Source: Candidatus Pacebacteria bacterium CG_4_9_14_0_2_um_filter_40_15 (GTDB taxonomy: Bacteria; Patescibacteriota; Microgenomatia; UBA1400; PJMF01). From it: a stretch of DNA of 64,000 nucleotides. The first letter of the stretch is position 1, and each line of letters starts with the position of its first letter. The position numbers were made by a program, and so were the translations under genes. The notes beneath the pieces were generated by a model, which saw only the letters and a list, made by a program, of their open reading frames with translations, had not been told where the DNA came from and ran no database searches. The DNA lies in the NCBI GenBank assembly GCA_002788675.1, contig PFRS01000008.1, forward strand, positions 70,848 to 134,847, read 5' to 3'. Below are positions 39,403 to 49,088 of this stretch, in pieces.

Positions 39403-39729
39403 TTATCCATCCCCACCAGTATCAAACTGATTGTACATTCTACACACCAGTGGTTGAAACCACCCATTGGTGCAGCGACCGCTCATATGACGGCCGTTAA
39501 CAATTAGTTCGAAGGTGACATCGTGGGGGTCACCAAACACCACATTTGTACTGGTCTGTCTTACAACTGTTACATTTTCAACAGTTGTTTCAGCAAACTC
39601 AGCAAAGCGCTGTGTCGCATCTTCGACTCGCACAAAAGACTTGTCCGCATAGGCTTAACAACCACCTAGGAACAAAAGCGCGAGAATTACTGCAATTGCA
39701 CCGGTTAAGATGTTACTTTTCAAGGCCAT
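39403..39729 (-). pseudogene. Lipoprotein-like gene interrupted by an in-frame TAA
   Basis: GGAGG-ATG, MALKSNILTGAIAVILALLFLGGC, TAA (39655-39657), then the same frame continues AYADKSFVRVEDATQRF... to 39403. Confidence 0.7.
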
Positions 39730-39868
39730 ACCTCCAAGTAGAATAAAAATAGTTCCTGGATCAAAGTTTAGGAACTATTTATTTTTCTACTTGAAGCTAC
39801 TTTATTTGAGTATATAAAAGAACATCACTCAAAATGAGCAAACGAAGTGTTTGCACAGAGTGATTTTG

Positions 39869-40291
39869 TGGAGATGGCGAAGAGTGACCTCGCGTCCGAA
39901 ATAGCAGCATGAATATCATCTACAGATTTAGTCTATCCTTGTTAATGCAGTAGAGGGAAAATAGACAAGCCTTCATACTACAATCTCCGTCTAAAAGTCT
40001 TAGAATAGTTCCGACGAACGAGAACTACCTGTCACACTAGCTGGGTTGATCACATACTCCCTCACACCAGTGAGATGAAAAGAGTACATGCCTTTTTCTA
40101 AGCTTAAGCAGCTATGAAAGAAGGAGCAAAGCTCATTGAAGGAGCTAAGTCAGCGATTGCTTTCTTAGTGTTCAGGAGAATGCTTTTTGCAGTATTATTT
40201 GCAATTATGTTTTTGACTCTGTTTTGCGTCTGTTAGTCAAAGACGATCTGCAGATATTAATGAGCGTATCCCGTCAAAGCAGTTCATCCCC
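39869..40291 (-). ncRNA. ssrA: tmRNA (423 nt)
   Basis: 5' GGGGATG..TTTGACGGG; 3' GGACGCGAG..TTCGCCATCTCCA; acceptor stem with G3.U pair; internal tag frame ending ...FIAA-TAA. Confidence 0.93.
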
Positions 40292-40358
40292 ACTTTAACA
40301 AATGTTATAAGATTATTATAGTATACTGCGACTAGAATCACAATTGCGAACTTGTGAA

Positions 40359-41249
40359 CTAAAGATAGCGGTCTACTAATTCCTGAACTAATGAGACAGA
40401 TGTATGCACTGATTCAAATCCTTTGAAACCAGGAAAAGCATTTACTTCCGTTAAGTAGTAGTTTTTTTGATCATCAACAAGAAAGTCAATTCCAGCAAAA
40501 TTAACGCCAAGTACTGAAGCAATTTTTTTCGATAATTTGATGAGCTTTTCGTCCGTTGGATACAAGGTAGCTGAGCCTCCTTGTTTCAAATTTGCCTTAA
40601 ATGAATGGCCTGGATTAGTTCTTTTTATTGCTCCAATTACAGTACCATGTGAGATGATCACTCGTATATCCGTGCCCTTACTTGCCACAATTGCTTGCTG
40701 TACAAGAAGTTGCGATTCTTTTGAAGAAACCGAGTAGGAAAAAGAAAGTAGATCTTCAAGTTCCCGATAATTTTCAATCCAGTACACTCCATTTCCGAGT
40801 GAGCCTTCAGGAGTTTTAACTACAACAGGAAAGCTAAAGTCTGAAAAGTCAGATTCTGAATATACTTCTGATAGAGTGATAAGTCGAGTATGGGGAACTG
40901 GAATACCTGCATGAGCAAGGATACTGTTTGTGAGCCATTTATCCGCCATAATTTCAATAGCATCTGGTGAGTTGACCAGCTTTACTCCAGATGATTGAAA
41001 AAAATGAAGAATATAGCGTGTTTTTTCTTTTCTAGTTTCACTTTTAACTACAGAGAGTAAGAAGTCACCTTTTCCTGGAAGGTTTTTTTTGGAAGCAGTT
41101 GTATCTAACACAATATCTTCAATATAAATTACTTCGTACGGAAGATTCTTTTTCTTTGCATATGCAACACTGCCAGAAATTTTGTCACGTTTAGTTTGAG
41201 AGAGTGCCTGATCAGAGCGATTTGCAAGAATCCAAAGTTTTTTTGACAT
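40359..41249 (-). CDS. RimK/LysX-family ATP-grasp ligase
   Basis: DKWLT, P.T, FPVVVKTPEGSLGNGV, LVQ, DIRV, FKANLKQGG, AGIDFL, EVNAFPGF. Confidence 0.92.
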   Translation of the reverse strand: MSKKLWILANRSDQALSQTKRDKISGSVAYAKKKNLPYEVIYIEDIVLDTTASKKNLPGKGDFLLSVVKSETRKEKTRYILHFFQSSGVKLVNSPDAIEIMADKWLTNSILAHAGIPVPHTRLITLSEVYSESDFSDFSFPVVVKTPEGSLGNGVYWIENYRELEDLLSFSYSVSSKESQLLVQQAIVASKGTDIRVIISHGTVIGAIKRTNPGHSFKANLKQGGSATLYPTDEKLIKLSKKIASVLGVNFAGIDFLVDDQKNYYLTEVNAFPGFKGFESVHTSVSLVQELVDRYL

Positions 41250-41250
41250 A

Positions 41251-42693
41251 TTATTTTTCCTTAAACAGCTCATTAAGTAACGTCTCATCATCATTGAGCG
41301 AAGTGAATAACTTTCTTCTAAATGTTTTTTTAGTGGTTACCAATCGCTTTGCCATTTTATCGATAGCAATCATTGCTAAGACAGATTGCACATAGCCCTC
41401 AATTAAGTCATCAAGGCTTAAGCCAAGTTTGTTGAAATCACGTTGGTCCATGAGGAGAAGGCGACTTGTGTCACTATCCCATTCATGTTCACCTTTTTTG
41501 ACTGAAAGATTGGTCATTAAGATATTTTTTGAGTCTTTGCCAGCAATGTTGGCAGTTAATGGCTCTTCAGCTTTTCTACTGTACAGTCCAAGAGGTCTAA
41601 GGCCATTTTCAGTAGTATGCACTAGCATTCGTAAGTCGAATACGTAACTATTTTGTCTTTTACTCGGAATTGTTCCTACCTGGAATAACAGCTCGTTCTC
41701 ATGGTAAGTACTCCAAGCATAGTGACCAACCAAACGTTGGATAATAAATTTCTGGTAGGGAATATCCAGGTCCATAAAGGCTTCAAGTTCTTTTTCATTA
41801 ATGATGGTAAACACACCCTGTCCAGCATTACTGTATGGAATTTTTATTACTCCTTTGTAACCAAATTTTTCCAGCCAAAGAGGAATCTCGTTTTTATTGA
41901 CGTCCCAGATTGTTGTCGGAGTTTTAATCTCGAGTCCAGCCTCGGCAACCTCAGCGTTTAAAAAATCATAGGCTTTTGCTGCCATCAGTTTATTTCGTCC
42001 ACCAGCAAGACAAGCAATAATGGGGTTAAAGATACGAGTTTTTGAAAAGAGTGGTAGTCGATTCCAAGGTTTTTGGGTTACATAGCGAAAGATCGTCCGC
42101 ACTGGGGTCCATTTATCATTAATAAGTAATTCGATTGCTCGTGTTTCAGAATTGAATCGTATACACTTGCCATAATCCTCTTCATGATACTCAACCAAAT
42201 ACACATCTTTTTTGATGAGATCGGCTATCGTAGCTGCGTAGCCTGAGTTTTCCATGGGATTTTTATCATACACGACACAAGTGACACCTTTTTTGAGAGG
42301 GCTTTTTTTCCAGATAGGTAAAAAAGTCTTGCTAATGAGTTCTTCGTACCCGCCTTTTTCATTATTTTCATCAAGTAATGGAAATGATTTTTGACCTGAA
42401 GGACAAGAGTTCGTTTCAATAACAACCATTTGTTTCATGCCTTCGGTTGTGGTTGTATGCATGAGGTCAGTACCAGCCCACTTGAAATATTTTGGTGTGT
42501 ATTTAAGTAAGTCTCTTAAATATTCAGCGTCTATAGATGGATTCAGATACGAGAATCGCTGAATAATACGCTCGTTATCCATGTTCATAAAGAACGAGAC
42601 AACAGGGTGTATTTGGGCATTGAGTGCCTTTGAGTACCAATGTTTATGGGGTGAGAAGCTTTGTGGTTTAACGACAACGATAGATGAGTTCAT
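41251..42693 (-). CDS. Circularly permuted ATP-grasp-like ligase
   Basis: N-terminal AGTDL...VVIETNSCPSG precedes VIKIPYSNAGQGV, FIIQ and FDLR, the order seen in CP-ATP-grasp proteins. Confidence 0.7.
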   Translation of the reverse strand: MNSSIVVVKPQSFSPHKHWYSKALNAQIHPVVSFFMNMDNERIIQRFSYLNPSIDAEYLRDLLKYTPKYFKWAGTDLMHTTTTEGMKQMVVIETNSCPSGQKSFPLLDENNEKGGYEELISKTFLPIWKKSPLKKGVTCVVYDKNPMENSGYAATIADLIKKDVYLVEYHEEDYGKCIRFNSETRAIELLINDKWTPVRTIFRYVTQKPWNRLPLFSKTRIFNPIIACLAGGRNKLMAAKAYDFLNAEVAEAGLEIKTPTTIWDVNKNEIPLWLEKFGYKGVIKIPYSNAGQGVFTIINEKELEAFMDLDIPYQKFIIQRLVGHYAWSTYHENELLFQVGTIPSKRQNSYVFDLRMLVHTTENGLRPLGLYSRKAEEPLTANIAGKDSKNILMTNLSVKKGEHEWDSDTSRLLLMDQRDFNKLGLSLDDLIEGYVQSVLAMIAIDKMAKRLVTTKKTFRRKLFTSLNDDETLLNELFKEK

Positions 42694-42763
42694 ATGTGTA
42701 GAGTAAACTTGTAATCTCGCTATTATAGTCCAAGTTTTTGGCTCGCATACCGGTAATTTATCA

Positions 42764-43423
42764 TTAGACACGGATGCAAAATACGGCACAGTGACACCCC
42801 AGTGAGAGTTTTTGTAGCTCGTACACGCATTCTCTCAGAGTTGAGCCAGTAGTGCAAACATCATCAACAAGAAGCACCTTTTTGTGTGCAAGTGTCTGTT
42901 GCACGGTAAGCTGTGGTAAAAGTGAAAACCGATGCTCAGCATTCTTGAGTCTTTCTTTTCGAGAGTTCGTTTTTGCTTGTGCACCACTCTGAGTGTTTTT
43001 TTTGAGTGTGGTGATGTAAGGTTTGTTCAGAAGCGTGGCAAGGTTTTGGGCTATAAGTTGTGTATGGTCAAAACCTCTGCGTTTTTTTCTGACTGGATCT
43101 GGAGGAACTGATGTTATGAAGTCTATTGAGGGTAGTGAGGCGTGATGAAAGAGGAGTTCTGCAATTCTTTTTCCAAACGCAGGTATTCCACGGTATTTAA
43201 ATGTATGAATAATTCTTCTTGAGTCCTGATTAAATCGGCACACAGCAACCAGTGAAAGATCAGGATAGTACACTGGAGCCTCAATCTGTGTACAAAAATC
43301 CAACTTATGACTGCAGCGAGTACAGAGTACAGTTCCAGGCCATTCACAGAAAAGACAACAGTGGGGGAAGAGTACTGCAACTAAGAGAGTTCCAATAGTT
43401 TTGAGAGGGGTGAGTGGGGTCAC
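42764..43423 (-). CDS. comF: ComF family protein (zinc ribbon + PRTase domain)
   Basis: FP.CC.FC....LC.RC, IH.FKY, RRGFD, LLVDDVCTTGSTL. Confidence 0.88.
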   Translation of the reverse strand: MTPLTPLKTIGTLLVAVLFPHCCLFCEWPGTVLCTRCSHKLDFCTQIEAPVYYPDLSLVAVCRFNQDSRRIIHTFKYRGIPAFGKRIAELLFHHASLPSIDFITSVPPDPVRKKRRGFDHTQLIAQNLATLLNKPYITTLKKNTQSGAQAKTNSRKERLKNAEHRFSLLPQLTVQQTLAHKKVLLVDDVCTTGSTLRECVYELQKLSLGCHCAVFCIRV

Positions 43424-43435
43424 CTAGTAAGTTAA

Positions 43436-45124
43436 TCATTTTGAAATGACAGGAGTTGTAGCGTCTTTTCTTGAAAGATCTAGGAGTCTCTTGAGTTGTT
43501 GTACGACAGTTGAAGCAGGCGCTTTTTTTTCAAGCGTGGTGAGGTATTCTTCAGCGAGATCATATTTTTGCTCGGAAATAAGAAGTTGTATAAGGTTTGG
43601 GTATGAAACCAAAAAGTTGGGGTTCATTGAGAGAGCAGTGGAAAATTCTTGGAATGCCATATCATTGTTTCCTTGTGCTTGATACGCCCGAGCTAAATTA
43701 TGGTGTGTTTGTGGATAGGTATCGGCAATTTCAATTGCACGTTTGTAGTGGGTAATAGCATCTGATAGTTTATTTTCATCAGCGTACGCCATGGCAAGAT
43801 TATTGTGGATGCGTGCTGTTTCTTGGTACTGAAGAATGTAGGGATAGAATCTGGTGGCTCTTCCCCAGATGAAGTTTTGACGAAGGGTGAGCAGTATGCA
43901 GATTGTGGCCAAAATACTGAGTGCTTGTTTTGTGTATTTTGGCCAAGAAATGTGTAGTGTATGCACTAATAGCTGTAGCAGTCCATAGAGCATGATCAAA
44001 AAGCCAATGAGCGGGACGTACAACCAGTGTTCATACATAATATCGTTAATGGGCACTAATCCTGAAACTGGAAGTAACATTATTAAAAACCAGAGTAATC
44101 CAAAGTGAATCCAGTTACTCTTAGTTTTCTTTTTTTCTTGAAAACCAATAAAAGTAATTGTTCCTATCAGCAGCACACTTAAAAAAGTATAGGGTGAAAG
44201 CAGCGAAGTCACAATTTCTGTAGTTCGCTCCATATGCAAATTAACAGGTACAAAAATGAGCGAAATATAAATAAGGAACACTTTTGCAAAAGTCGCGATT
44301 CGCACAAAAATACTGTCTCCATAAGCAGAGCCTTCGAACATATTTACTTGTTCTTGAAAGAGTAATGTTGTTGCCCTGAGTGAGACGTATATGCCCAGTG
44401 ATATGAATACACTTGTTAGGGTGAGTAACCCAAGTCTGAGCGTTTTCTTTGTTTGAGTTGTGTTTCGTAGAAAGAAAAAAAGTAAGAGATACAGTAATAG
44501 ACTACCGACAGCTATTTCCTTAGCTAAAACACTTGCAATAAAAAACAGTGGAACAAGGATAGCAAAAATAACTGGAGTTAGTGTTGCAGATACATTATAG
44601 ATTTGCCAAGTATATTTCTTTTCTTGTAATAGAGCACTAAAACAGAGTAAACCCAGCAACATATAAAAAGTGAAGTGTGAATCGCCACGGGAGTTTGCAT
44701 ATACAACTGCTTCTGTTTGCAGTGGATGGATTAAGAAAAAGCCAGCAATTACTGCGGCAGCTTTTTTGTTCATACTAAGTGATAGCAGTAGCAAAAAGAG
44801 CAACACTCCAGCTAAACTATGTAAGAGTGTATTGGTTAGATGAAAACCAATGGGATTGAGTCCCCAAGTGGCATGGTCCATTGCAAATGAAAGCGTGGTG
44901 AGAGGTCGGTAATAGTTACTTGATTCACCAGCCCCAGCCAAAGTATTGGTAGTGAAGATTTTTTGGACATTAAATTCTTTAACATATTGGTTGTTATAAA
45001 TAAATTGTTCATCATCCCAAAACAGTTGATTATTAAGTGATGGTGCATAGGTGAAAAATCCAAGGCAAAAAATGCCAATTACTAGCAGGTGTTTTTTGGT
45101 GAATTCTTTGAGAGTTTCAGTCAC
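43436..45124 (-). CDS. TMTC-like GT-C glycosyltransferase with C-terminal TPRs
   Basis: FWDD, YYRPL, FHLTN..LH, HPLQTEAV, KE, EHWLYVP, TPR-like HNNLA repeats. Confidence 0.85.
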   Translation of the reverse strand: MTETLKEFTKKHLLVIGIFCLGFFTYAPSLNNQLFWDDEQFIYNNQYVKEFNVQKIFTTNTLAGAGESSNYYRPLTTLSFAMDHATWGLNPIGFHLTNTLLHSLAGVLLFLLLLSLSMNKKAAAVIAGFFLIHPLQTEAVVYANSRGDSHFTFYMLLGLLCFSALLQEKKYTWQIYNVSATLTPVIFAILVPLFFIASVLAKEIAVGSLLLYLLLFFFLRNTTQTKKTLRLGLLTLTSVFISLGIYVSLRATTLLFQEQVNMFEGSAYGDSIFVRIATFAKVFLIYISLIFVPVNLHMERTTEIVTSLLSPYTFLSVLLIGTITFIGFQEKKKTKSNWIHFGLLWFLIMLLPVSGLVPINDIMYEHWLYVPLIGFLIMLYGLLQLLVHTLHISWPKYTKQALSILATICILLTLRQNFIWGRATRFYPYILQYQETARIHNNLAMAYADENKLSDAITHYKRAIEIADTYPQTHHNLARAYQAQGNNDMAFQEFSTALSMNPNFLVSYPNLIQLLISEQKYDLAEEYLTTLEKKAPASTVVQQLKRLLDLSRKDATTPVISK

Positions 45125-45195
45125 GAATTGAGTATAGCATTGAGAGTGACACTTTTTCTTTATCTAAATAAACAGCAGACGTGTACAATTTGGAT

Positions 45196-46047
45196 ATGCA
45201 GCAATCTCAAAATAGTTCAATGTTACTTTTTTTAAAGTTACTGAGAACTTTTTTTACTACTCTTTTTTCTAGAAATGTAAAAATGGCTTTTGGAGTGATA
45301 CTTTTTTTGGTAGTGCTGGTGATGGCAAATAGAGATATGTATGGAACAGAGCTTATTAACTCAGTTTTAGACACGACAGTCCAGGAAGTCGACCCCAAAG
45401 TAGAGCAATCTACAAATAATTCATCCAGTCCCAAATATATAGTTGTGAGCGTAACAGATGGTGATACCTTTAAGGTCGATATTGATGGAAAGACGGAGAC
45501 GGTGCGCCTTGTTGGAGTAAATACTCCTGAATCTGTCGATCCGCGCAAACCAGTTGAGTGTTTTGGTAGAGAGGCATCTAACAAATTAAAAGCATTACTT
45601 GAAGGGCAACAAGTTGCTCTGCAAGCGGATGCAGCTCAGAGTGATCGAGACCGGTATGGTCGGTTACTTCGTTTTGCTCAGTTAGAAAATGGCCAGGATG
45701 TAGGGTTATTGCTTGTTGCTGAAGGTTTTGCTCAAGAGTCACTGTATAGTGACACACCACACATTTACAGAGATGAGTATGTACAAGCGCAACAGGAAGC
45801 TCAAGGTGCAAAACTAGGGTTGTGGGCAGACGATGCGTGTCGTGTGGTAACGGAAAGTTCAACTTCAAAACTAAATGTACAAACAGATAAAAGTTGTACA
45901 GGTCCTGACTTTGATTGTGCAGATTTTGTGTCTCATGCAGCGGCTCAGTTATTCTTTGATGGCTGTGGATTTACTGCTGAAAATGATCCGATGAACTTGG
46001 ATGGAGTTAAAGTGGGTGATGGCGTGGCGTGTGAGAGTTTGCCGTAG
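45196..46047 (+). CDS. Thermonuclease (SNase) family protein with Excalibur-like C-terminal domain
   Basis: DGDT, VRLVGVNTPE, DRYGRLL, GLW; C-terminal DCADF...LDG...GVACE. Confidence 0.92.
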   Translation: MQQSQNSSMLLFLKLLRTFFTTLFSRNVKMAFGVILFLVVLVMANRDMYGTELINSVLDTTVQEVDPKVEQSTNNSSSPKYIVVSVTDGDTFKVDIDGKTETVRLVGVNTPESVDPRKPVECFGREASNKLKALLEGQQVALQADAAQSDRDRYGRLLRFAQLENGQDVGLLLVAEGFAQESLYSDTPHIYRDEYVQAQQEAQGAKLGLWADDACRVVTESSTSKLNVQTDKSCTGPDFDCADFVSHAAAQLFFDGCGFTAENDPMNLDGVKVGDGVACESLP

Positions 46048-46081
46048 GGATTTTTTGAAGAGAGAAAAAGTTGAAATTTTG

Positions 46082-46155
46082 TGGTCGCACCTGGACTCGA
46101 ACCAGGGACCTCACGAATGTGAATCGTGCGCTCTAACCAACTGAGCTATACGACC
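46082..46155 (-). tRNA. tRNA-Val(CAC)
   Basis: Cloverleaf GGTCGTA/TGCGACC; anticodon arm CACGA-TTCACAT-TCGTG; T-loop TTCGAGT. Confidence 0.95.
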
Positions 46156-46163
46156 ATCTCTAA

Positions 46164-47234
46164 CTAGAGCAAATTATACTCCATGAAGATTGATTTTACA
46201 TCAGCGGCAGAGTTTGCTTGAAAGAGTTTAATGCGAACTTCTTTAGCACTTTCAAAGCCTTTAACATACCATCCGAGGTGTTTGCGCATAGGCATAAAGG
46301 TATATTTTTCATCGTCTTTGTATGTTTTTTCAAATAATTCACTATGTTCTAATGCAATTTTAACAAGCGAAGGGGCATCAACAGGTGTGTTTTTCGTAAA
46401 AATAAAGGGATCACCAAAGCTCCCTCGGCCAATTAAAACACCATCCACACTGTATGTCGCAATTTTATCAAGCGCATCTTGATGAGTAGCTATATCTCCA
46501 TTACCAAGGATAAGTGTGTTAGTGTGTTTTGCTAAACTTGCTGCGAGTGCAATTTCTTCCCAGCTTGCGAGTCCTCCGTACTGCTGTTTAAGTGTCCGGC
46601 CATGCAGTGCAATGACAGCAGGTTCGAGTTCAAGTAAAAAGCTGATCCATTCGGTAGTGACGGGTTGGTGATAGCCAACACGAGTTTTGACTGAAACAGG
46701 AATATGCGTTCTCTCATGGATGCTACCCGGAACAGTTTTTGCTCGTTGGGCAACTTCAGCAGCAATTTTGGGAGAAATATCGGTACAGTCACTGGCACGT
46801 TTGCCATTTAGATAGTCTTGTACACCAGCTTTAGTCGCAAGAATGATTTTTTTTGCCAGTTCTGGATTTTCAATGAGTGCGGCACCTGAGCCGGAGTTGG
46901 AAACATTTTTTGCAGGGCAACCCATGTTAATATCAACGCCGTCGAATCCGAGTTCGCACACGACAGTTGCAACTTGTTGAAAGTATTCGGGTGTAGTGCC
47001 ATAAATTTGGGCAACAATATTTCGTTGGGATTCATCATAGAGAAAGTCTTTAAGCAAACGTGTTGCGCCATGACACATACCCTCTACATTGGTGAATTCA
47101 GTGTAAAGCACGTCAGGGTTACCATATTTCTTTTGAATGGCACGGGTGGGCTGGTCGGTGACTCCGTCCATAGGAGAGAGACCAATAAGAGGCTTGTCGT
47201 AGGTATACCAAAATGTTGGGCCGGACTTTTTCAT
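46164..47234 (-). CDS. dus: tRNA-dihydrouridine synthase
   Basis: SPMDGVTD, YTEF, QIYG, DINMGCP, SVKTRVG, LHGRT, GNGDI, IGRG, MRKHLGWY. Confidence 0.93.
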   Translation of the reverse strand: MKKSGPTFWYTYDKPLIGLSPMDGVTDQPTRAIQKKYGNPDVLYTEFTNVEGMCHGATRLLKDFLYDESQRNIVAQIYGTTPEYFQQVATVVCELGFDGVDINMGCPAKNVSNSGSGAALIENPELAKKIILATKAGVQDYLNGKRASDCTDISPKIAAEVAQRAKTVPGSIHERTHIPVSVKTRVGYHQPVTTEWISFLLELEPAVIALHGRTLKQQYGGLASWEEIALAASLAKHTNTLILGNGDIATHQDALDKIATYSVDGVLIGRGSFGDPFIFTKNTPVDAPSLVKIALEHSELFEKTYKDDEKYTFMPMRKHLGWYVKGFESAKEVRIKLFQANSAADVKSIFMEYNLL

Positions 47235-47248
47235 CTGCATAGTATACC

Positions 47249-49051
47249 TTAAAAGAGCGCAATTTTGGCTTGTAGATAGGCAAAAGCTTGATCAGAAACA
47301 GAAAGCTTTGATGCAATGAGCAACGAGACAAATTCCTCTTTGAGCAACTGTTTCTGGTTGGGATAGTTCTTGGTTAAGGACAGCAATCGAGTAAGCTCAT
47401 ACCACAAAAAGTGAGATGCAATCTCACCTTCAGCGAATAAGTAACTTACATCTGAAAGTAATAAGTCTGGATCATTCTGAAGCACAATCTCAGATAGACC
47501 AGAATTTTTTGTAAATGAGAGTAAGTAGGTTGTTGGTTGACTGCTAAGTATTCCATCTAAGCTGTGTTTCGTGCTTTCACCAGTTAGAGAGTAAGTAAAA
47601 AATTGTAAATGATATGACGTGCCAAAACTGCCCGTGACAGTGATACGATAGTCACCGGATTCAGGTTTGGCTAGGTATTGTAAGAAAGTTTCTTTTGATT
47701 GTGACTGATCCTTGGTACTTAAATATGAGTAATTCTGATCGAGTTGAAAGGTTTGGAGCTCGTTAGCAACCTCCACTGTAGCATCTGAAGACTCAGAAGT
47801 TATAAGGAAATAACTTAAATCTGTAAAACTGGGAGTAAAAAAACGAAGTGATTGTGGTTCATCGGTATGTTGGCTGAGCTGTGTGTATGTGTACGCTGGA
47901 TCTTGAATGTAAAAATCAAGGGGATCACTCTGCGGAACTACTCCTTCTGCGACTAGAAAATGTCCTGGAATGTTTACAATGGCAGGTCTTTGATGTGTTT
48001 CAATTTCTGTTTGCAGACTAGTGGTGATATCTGTATTGATTAAATTAAACTCGAGGTTGGGAGTTTGATATGTCTCTGATATCTGATTAGTTAGTCGAGT
48101 AACTGCGAGCCAATTAAGCAAACCATCGCCAATATACCCATCAGGTTGTGTAGTAAGCCACATGTTGAGTGTTTCCGGCGTAATAGTAGTACCATCTGCG
48201 AACTGAGTGATGTCATGGTAATTAAGGATCATAACCATTGAGGAGAGTGCACAGCCCCATGCACCAATGCTTGGATCTTCAGGAGCCCACTCTGCTGCGG
48301 TGTCGTACTCTGTGGCTGACCATGCATCATCGAGCTGTGATACACGCTCAACACCTAAGTGATGTGGATCAGAAAGCAAAGAAACTACTATATTATCAAT
48401 AACAATATGAGTTGGAGCAATACTTCCAGTACCAACTTTAAGTCCAACTTTTCCATAGTTATTCGTGAAGGTGGGATCGATATCATCAAAGATAAGTTGG
48501 TCATCTACGTAGAGTGTTATCTGTCCTTCGTTAAGTTCCAAGGTGATGTGATACTGCACATTATTTTGAAGTGTTGTGGGGCGGTGTGCTTGCCATGGGA
48601 CGAAGCCATCTTGCAGTCTAAGAATTTCCATACCAGCTGAATTAAAATGTATTTCGTACCAGTTGGTAAGATTTTCAAAATGAAAGGAAATGTTTTTGTC
48701 TGCGCCCGAGAGCGAAAGATACTCAAACTCATAACGGATATTATGCCAATCGGTATTCCAGCTTGCATCATTTGGAATGAGTTCCGAAATAGTATAGCCA
48801 TCGGACACATATCCATGTAGCTGCTCGTTATGAATGCTCCAGAAAGTGCCATCGTCGCGGGTTGGCTCCCATTTTTCGAATCCAGAATCAAAAGAGTCAG
48901 CAAACACAACCGTTTGTGCTTGAATACTTTTGGGAAAAGAAAAAAGTAAGAAAGTGCAAAAAACCAGCGTTTGGAAAAATATTCTTAAAAAATGAGTTAG
49001 CTTGGGTGTAAGCGTTCGAACGCTCCTGTAGTACAATGCAACCATACGCAT
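47249..49051 (-). CDS. Secreted protein: concanavalin/DUF1080-like domain + C39-like peptidase domain
   Basis: Signal-like N-terminus, beta-sandwich ending IDNIVV, then WGCALSSMVM, PGHFLVA, IQDP (Cys-His-Asp); start uncertain. Confidence 0.72.
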   Translation of the reverse strand: MRMVALYYRSVRTLTPKLTHFLRIFFQTLVFCTFLLFSFPKSIQAQTVVFADSFDSGFEKWEPTRDDGTFWSIHNEQLHGYVSDGYTISELIPNDASWNTDWHNIRYEFEYLSLSGADKNISFHFENLTNWYEIHFNSAGMEILRLQDGFVPWQAHRPTTLQNNVQYHITLELNEGQITLYVDDQLIFDDIDPTFTNNYGKVGLKVGTGSIAPTHIVIDNIVVSLLSDPHHLGVERVSQLDDAWSATEYDTAAEWAPEDPSIGAWGCALSSMVMILNYHDITQFADGTTITPETLNMWLTTQPDGYIGDGLLNWLAVTRLTNQISETYQTPNLEFNLINTDITTSLQTEIETHQRPAIVNIPGHFLVAEGVVPQSDPLDFYIQDPAYTYTQLSQHTDEPQSLRFFTPSFTDLSYFLITSESSDATVEVANELQTFQLDQNYSYLSTKDQSQSKETFLQYLAKPESGDYRITVTGSFGTSYHLQFFTYSLTGESTKHSLDGILSSQPTTYLLSFTKNSGLSEIVLQNDPDLLLSDVSYLFAEGEIASHFLWYELTRLLSLTKNYPNQKQLLKEEFVSLLIASKLSVSDQAFAYLQAKIALF

Positions 49052-49088
49052 AGTAAACAAGATAAAAATGACATACAGCTGACAGGAT

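Noticed and set aside
39655-39657. Alternative genetic code (stop reassignment)
   Set aside because: Conserved genes are intact under code 11 and end in TAA, TAG or TGA; this is an isolated in-frame stop
38778-39868. Genomic island integrated at the ssrA 3' end
   Set aside because: No duplicated tmRNA 3' end and no integrase were found in the window
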